From positions 2,016,001 through 2,080,000 of the forward strand of contig OY764265.1 in assembly GCA_963668355.1 (NCBI GenBank): DNA of 64,000 nucleotides, in the 5' to 3' direction. This document shows positions 59,616 to 64,000 of this stretch, one piece after another. Under the pieces are notes generated by a model. It was not told the DNA's origin and made no database searches. It saw only the letters and a program-made list of their open reading frames with translations. This stretch comes from Bdellovibrionota bacterium (GTDB taxonomy: Bacteria; Bdellovibrionota_G; JALEGL01; DATDPG01). Every line of letters begins with the position of its first letter. The stretch's first letter is position 1. Position numbers and translations under genes: made by a program.

Positions 59616-60914
59616 ATGACGAAATTTTTAAATTCTACCCTAGGATTTTTGGGAGCAATCTGCTTGTGCTCCTGCGCAAGCCTTCCCGAAGGGACAAGTG
59701 GTGGATCTTTAAGCTCCACTCGTCCACCTGAAGGTGTGGGAAGTGAAACCGCTCGTTTGGAAGTTCTGGCGGCCAGCCCCATGATGTTTCAGTGCGCTCG
59801 AAATGCAGCCGTAACTCAAATCCTTACGGTGCGAAATTCCGGAGAATCTTTTTTGTCTTTTGTGGCCGAGGCCAGTCATGAAGCCGTGTCGTTAGAACCT
59901 GAAAGCTCCGGTTTGGAATCCGGAGAAGAAATCCTCATTCGAGTTCAGGTGGATTGCTCCCGTTTGGGTGTGGGAAACGTTTTGGAAGAAATCACTTTTT
60001 CAGCAGGTTCAGCTTCGGGGTCTCCTGCTTTTGTAGATCTTCAAATCACCGTTGGTGAAAACGAAGAACTTCCGGATCTCGAAGTGATTTCGAGTTTCGA
60101 AATCCTTAATTGCCTGGATAACGATATCTTTCATGAAACCATCGTCATCAACAATGTAGGAGGAGGGGGAAATATCAACTGGACCGGACAAGTTCTTCCA
60201 GAAGCTTCTTGGCTGATTCACGGCGAATTGGTTGGGACCACTCCAGCGGCTTTGTCTTTCACCGTAGATTGCACAGCCGTGGATTCCGGATCTTATCAGA
60301 CAGACTTTGTTGTGACAGCGAGCGGAGGAGAGGAAGAGCGTGTTACGTTGGGAATAGAAGAGTCGTGGATTGGACATGATCCCGTTGAGCTTCCTGCCGC
60401 CCATGATGGTTCTGTCATGACCTTTGATACACCGTACTATGATGATATTCAGTTCAATGACCAAGGCGAAGATTTGGCTATGGGACTTCAACTTACGGAA
60501 ACCACACGAAGGGAACACCAAATCTTTTTCCGCTTCGATATGTCTCCCTTTGATTTGTCAGAAGTGTCTTCGATTCGACTGAAGTTGAATCTGGATCGAA
60601 GAGTGGTTGACGGAGGTGTCGGATCACCAGAGGATCAGCGGCAAATTTATTTGTGGAATCTTCTGGAAGACTACAGTGTTTTTGACGAGGGGGTATTGGA
60701 TATTGAAACCTATATGCCAGCAGGGGGATTCGCCGCCGACGAGAGCATATCGGAATACGAATTGGAGATTACAGAACTTGTCACTGACGGAATTGCCGCA
60801 TTCAAGCTGAGCATGGTTTCTTACCAGAGTGAGCTAGATGATATTTTTTATCTGATTTCCAGTGAGGCCAACCCAGAACAAGGCCCCAGGCTCTTGATTG
60901 AATTCCAAGAGTAA
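59616..60914 (+). CDS. Acidic lipoprotein with tandem Ig-like (BACON-like) domains
   Basis: Lipobox LCSC, two repeats (LTVRNSG..VDC and IVINNVG..VDC), and a C-terminal SSEANPEQGPRLLI. Confidence 0.65.
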   Translation: MTKFLNSTLGFLGAICLCSCASLPEGTSGGSLSSTRPPEGVGSETARLEVLAASPMMFQCARNAAVTQILTVRNSGESFLSFVAEASHEAVSLEPESSGLESGEEILIRVQVDCSRLGVGNVLEEITFSAGSASGSPAFVDLQITVGENEELPDLEVISSFEILNCLDNDIFHETIVINNVGGGGNINWTGQVLPEASWLIHGELVGTTPAALSFTVDCTAVDSGSYQTDFVVTASGGEEERVTLGIEESWIGHDPVELPAAHDGSVMTFDTPYYDDIQFNDQGEDLAMGLQLTETTRREHQIFFRFDMSPFDLSEVSSIRLKLNLDRRVVDGGVGSPEDQRQIYLWNLLEDYSVFDEGVLDIETYMPAGGFAADESISEYELEITELVTDGIAAFKLSMVSYQSELDDIFYLISSEANPEQGPRLLIEFQE

Positions 60915-60931
60915 AGGATCTGTTGAGTAAA

Positions 60932-61567
60932 TTATTCGTAGGGTTGTGAGCGAAAAACGCCCTCGGTTTGGTAGAGTTTTCCCTGGCGATCAATCCCCCC
61001 AGGCCGACTAAATTCGCTGTAAATGCCGTCCCCATCGAGATCTCCAAGAGCTTCTACTCGAAAGGTCTCTTCTTTTGTACGAGCACGAGACTCTTGAGGG
61101 CGATCTTTAAAATAGGGGTCGGGTCGAACCCGATATACGTAGAAACTTGGGTCGGAAATGGAAAAACCTATTTCCTGACACGAGACATACGGCGTCCATT
61201 TTTTTGTTTTACCGGATGTCGGGTCAAAGCATATTAGAAGGGTTCGTTCCCCGGGGGGAGGGACAAACCACTTGTTTGAATGCTCGCTACGGGTAATGAT
61301 CTGGGGAAATTTATAGCTTTTGGCCCGCTCTAGATCTTTCTCGTCCAGACGCAAAAGTTTGTCGTCTTGAGACATATGATAGCTGATGGTTGCCATGTAA
61401 AGTTGATTTACGCCTTCGAGGGCTTCTGTGCTCTTGGCCTTTCTCAAATAGTTTTGATACCGAAAGGCACCAATCGAACCAAGGATTCCCACAATGAGAA
61501 TGGCGGCACTGATTTCCAGAAGAGTGAATCCGAGAGAATTGGTTTTATCCCTGAGAAGCTTCATCAT
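60932..61567 (-). CDS. Type IV pilin-like protein (deltaproteobacterial PilA-like)
   Basis: LG|FTLLEISAAILIVGILG, KAKSTEA and ALGDLDGDG. Start uncertain (61591/61567). Confidence 0.8.
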   Translation of the reverse strand: MMKLLRDKTNSLGFTLLEISAAILIVGILGSIGAFRYQNYLRKAKSTEALEGVNQLYMATISYHMSQDDKLLRLDEKDLERAKSYKFPQIITRSEHSNKWFVPPPGERTLLICFDPTSGKTKKWTPYVSCQEIGFSISDPSFYVYRVRPDPYFKDRPQESRARTKEETFRVEALGDLDGDGIYSEFSRPGGIDRQGKLYQTEGVFRSQPYE

Positions 61568-62165
61568 CTTCCCCAAAGAGATAGTCATCAATGTTTTCTG
61601 GCTCTTCCTCTTTGATCAAGTGCTCACATTTTGAATTGTTGCAGGAGGGATAAACCATAATATTCCCGCTTTCGTCGGACAGAAGAAACTTGGATATTCC
61701 CTGCGCGCTTCCGATTCCCGCAAGTTGTTTGACCATTTCATGCCGTTCATCAAAGGAGGCAAGATTCCACCTCGAATCGTTGATGGTTCCCAAGAGCATT
61801 CCATCATTAAAGCGGGTGTCGTCGAGAAGAAGTGCGTGGGACAGGGCCAGTTTGTCGAAACTCGTGTCAGGAGCTTTTCGTTGTAAATTACCGACCACCA
61901 ATGCGATGGTGGCTGCAACGGCATAGACAAAGAGCCATCCGTTTCGACGAACGGAAGTTCTTGAGGCTTGTCTTTTTTGTCGAACCTCTTTTGAACGTTT
62001 TTTAACGCTCGGCTGATTAACGTTGAGAGCCTCTGGAATGGGTTCATTTTCTTCCGAAGAAAGGGAGGAAGACTTTGGAATGGAAGAGGGATCCATTAAG
62101 TACTCAACCACGGGTTCGAACTCGGGAAGGGCCTGAGAAGGTTTGATGGAGATCGATGACAGCAT
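61545..62165 (-). CDS. Single-TM hypothetical protein
   Basis: ORF with one TM (WLFVYAVAATIALVV). Start chosen downstream of the sigma54 motif. Confidence 0.55.
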   Translation of the reverse strand: MLSSISIKPSQALPEFEPVVEYLMDPSSIPKSSSLSSEENEPIPEALNVNQPSVKKRSKEVRQKRQASRTSVRRNGWLFVYAVAATIALVVGNLQRKAPDTSFDKLALSHALLLDDTRFNDGMLLGTINDSRWNLASFDERHEMVKQLAGIGSAQGISKFLLSDESGNIMVYPSCNNSKCEHLIKEEEPENIDDYLFGEDDEASQG

Positions 62166-62177
62166 TTCCGAAATGCT

Positions 62178-62193
62178 TGCAACCCATATGCCG
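62178..62193 (-). promoter_or_regulatory. Probable sigma54 promoter
   Basis: Minus strand reads CGGCATATGGGTTGCA. Confidence 0.55.
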
Positions 62194-62392
62194 CATCGAC
62201 CTTCTTTTAACATGCCAATATCATTAGATGTTTTTCCAGTTTTGTTGCAAGGGTTCCGTCCAGGGTCTTTATCTACCTCTTAAGGTCTCCTATCGGGCGC
62301 ATTCCCCCGGGTCTTTTTGGACCCGGTGGGGTTAATTTGACGGAATTCCCGAAAGGGTTTTTTGGACGTAACGCGGACACTCTTTTCTGAGA

Positions 62393-62405
62393 AATCAAGG
62401 GGTTG
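62393..62405 (+). promoter_or_regulatory. IHF consensus site
   Basis: AATCAAGGGGTTG matches WATCAANNNNTTR, about 50 nt upstream of a sigma54 motif. Confidence 0.55.
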
Positions 62406-62451
62406 GAAAGATGTTCGCGTGAAGTTTTCTCGCAAGAAGTACCAAAATTTG

Positions 62452-62468
62452 CTGGTACGTCCATTGCA
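62452..62468 (+). promoter_or_regulatory. Sigma54 promoter
   Basis: CTGGTACGTCCATTGCA, 23 nt before ATG 62491. Confidence 0.7.
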
Positions 62469-62490
62469 ATCGTTTTCCAGAGAGAAACCC

Positions 62491-63213
62491 ATGGAAACCG
62501 ATGGAATCATCGTAGTTTTGGAAGACGATCCAACAACTCGATCCTTGTTTAAAAGAACATTGGACTCTTCCGGCTATCGGGTTTTTTTAGCCAATAAATG
62601 GGAAGAGGCACGCTTACTCATCGAGTACCTACGACCCAACTTGCTGATTTCCGATTGTCTCTTACCTACGTTCAATGGAGTAGAGATTGGGCAAGCGCTC
62701 CGAAAACGTTTTTCCAAGAAAGAGCTTCCCTTGTTATTGGCGACGTCCTTTTTCCAACGGCCAAAAGACGAAATCGATGCCATTGAAAACTCGGGGGCCA
62801 ACGGACTGCTTCGCAAACCGGTAAAACCAAAAGAATTGAAGCAAGCAGTGGAGGAATTGATTGGACAACCTCGATGTCCTCAAAATCCAGAAGAATTGGC
62901 GAGCGTTTCCTCCTACCACGAAACGAGCAAAAAAATCTTAAGTTTGCTCCAGGAATTTCACCGAAGCGCAGGAACGACGATCAAAGAGTTTTCGAAGGGA
63001 GAAGAGGTTCTCCCCGAGGTCTGGATTCGTCGGTTCGGCTCCTTTCTTTATCCAGCCATCAGCCCCCATGACGAACAACATGTTCGGAAATGCTTGCGCG
63101 ACATTGTTTGTCAGGCATTTACGTTAAATGGAATCCCTCAGCTCACCCTGGTTGTTGAGGACTCTCAAATGGGCGAGGTCGAAGAACATTCGCTGGATAT
63201 TTTCGAAGACTGA
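62491..63213 (+). CDS. Response regulator receiver protein with unknown C-terminal domain
   Basis: VVLEDD, PNLLISD and LRKP receiver motifs. Confidence 0.8.
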   Translation: METDGIIVVLEDDPTTRSLFKRTLDSSGYRVFLANKWEEARLLIEYLRPNLLISDCLLPTFNGVEIGQALRKRFSKKELPLLLATSFFQRPKDEIDAIENSGANGLLRKPVKPKELKQAVEELIGQPRCPQNPEELASVSSYHETSKKILSLLQEFHRSAGTTIKEFSKGEEVLPEVWIRRFGSFLYPAISPHDEQHVRKCLRDIVCQAFTLNGIPQLTLVVEDSQMGEVEEHSLDIFED

Positions 63214-63376
63214 TTCGGTTTTTGGGGAAAACCATTCATTTGAGTGACGGTGAAAAGTCTCGTTTTTCAGTTGAAAAATATATAAATAAAAACAGGCACT
63301 TACAAATGTTAAGAATGCAAAAAAATCCTATACAAAGGGGTGTCGAACGGCAGAAGTCTTGATAAGTAAGGGAGTT

Positions 63377-64000
63377 ATGAGCTCTCAAAATGGGGAAGTG
63401 TATTCACGTAATTTTTTGCCTTGGATTCGAAACGCCCTTCCCGGCGAAGTCACGCGATTTTCATCCTTGCCAGAAATCAAAAAGTTCTTCACTCGGCTAT
63501 TTATTGACAAGGAGTCTTGTCAAGTAACGCTTGTTGGGGAAGGTCCGGAAGCAAGGGATTTTTTACGTCCAGTTTATCAAGATGACGAATTAATGGGCCT
63601 CACGATGAAAGAAAACGAAGTCTCCGCTCAGCGAATTCTGTTGAGTCTCGGAAAAGAGGCGTTCGTTTTTGTGATGGGACCCAACCCGGAAAAGTCATTT
63701 CCCTTTGAAGTCATCGAACTTCATCGAAGGAATTCGGATCGAAAAAGCGTTGAAGGGATGGGGCTGAATGCTTTTCTAGAGATTCAAGAAAAGAAAGCAT
63801 TCGCAGGAAAGCTGGTTGATTTTAGTGATTCGGGGATGGCGTTGACCGCCGGTTGGGAAGGAAAAACGGAACCTGAGTTGTTGAAAATCGGAACGTTGGT
63901 GGTCCAAGCCCATGAGCGTTTTGAGTTTCCTGTCGAAATAGCCCATGTGTCGGTGATGTCGACGGATTCTGGGAAGATTGGTGTACGTCTCTTGGATTCC
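63377..64000 (+). CDS. PilZ-domain protein (runs off window end; not in ORF track)
   Basis: SD AAGGGAG and ATG 63377. My translation gives RRNSDR and DFSDSG PilZ motifs, and no stop was seen. Confidence 0.75.
   Translation, partial: MSSQNGEVYSRNFLPWIRNALPGEVTRFSSLPEIKKFFTRLFIDKESCQVTLVGEGPEARDFLRPVYQDDELMGLTMKENEVSAQRILLSLGKEAFVFVMGPNPEKSFPFEVIELHRRNSDRKSVEGMGLNAFLEIQEKKAFAGKLVDFSDSGMALTAGWEGKTEPELLKIGTLVVQAHERFEFPVEIAHVSVMSTDSGKIGVRLLDS

Noticed and set aside
62295..62380. Two hairpins (one with a GAAA loop) suggestive of a c-di-GMP riboswitch
   Set aside because: They lack the GGCAAA / GACGCAAAGC arrangement of the class I aptamer.
63348..63363. CGGCAGAAGTCTTGAT sigma54-like motif before the last PilZ gene
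   Set aside because: It has GA instead of GC at -12, too weak to call.

Overview
A 64-kb chromosomal window of about 45% GC (estimated by eye). The gene content suggests a Bdellovibrionota/Myxococcota-like (former deltaproteobacterial) organism; this is an inference. Housekeeping genes (glnS, psd, rpmB, murB, ppa, trhP, rapA, purC, rocD) are mixed with seven type IV pilin-like genes, an NtrC-type two-component system, several PilZ/MshEN c-di-GMP effectors, an ECF sigma/anti-sigma module and many secreted proteins. Several features are missed by the ORF track: (1) a UGA-recoded selenoprotein, peroxiredoxin fused to a CGFS glutaredoxin, with a SECIS-like hairpin; (2) a 200-nt structured ncRNA candidate next to rpmB; (3) a cobalamin riboswitch; (4) about ten sigma54 -24/-12 promoter motifs, five of them apparently giving near-leaderless mRNAs; (5) a pilX-like gene lying antisense between a sigma54 promoter and a 950-aa giant pilin. 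No tRNA, rRNA, CRISPR array, transposase or integrase was seen.
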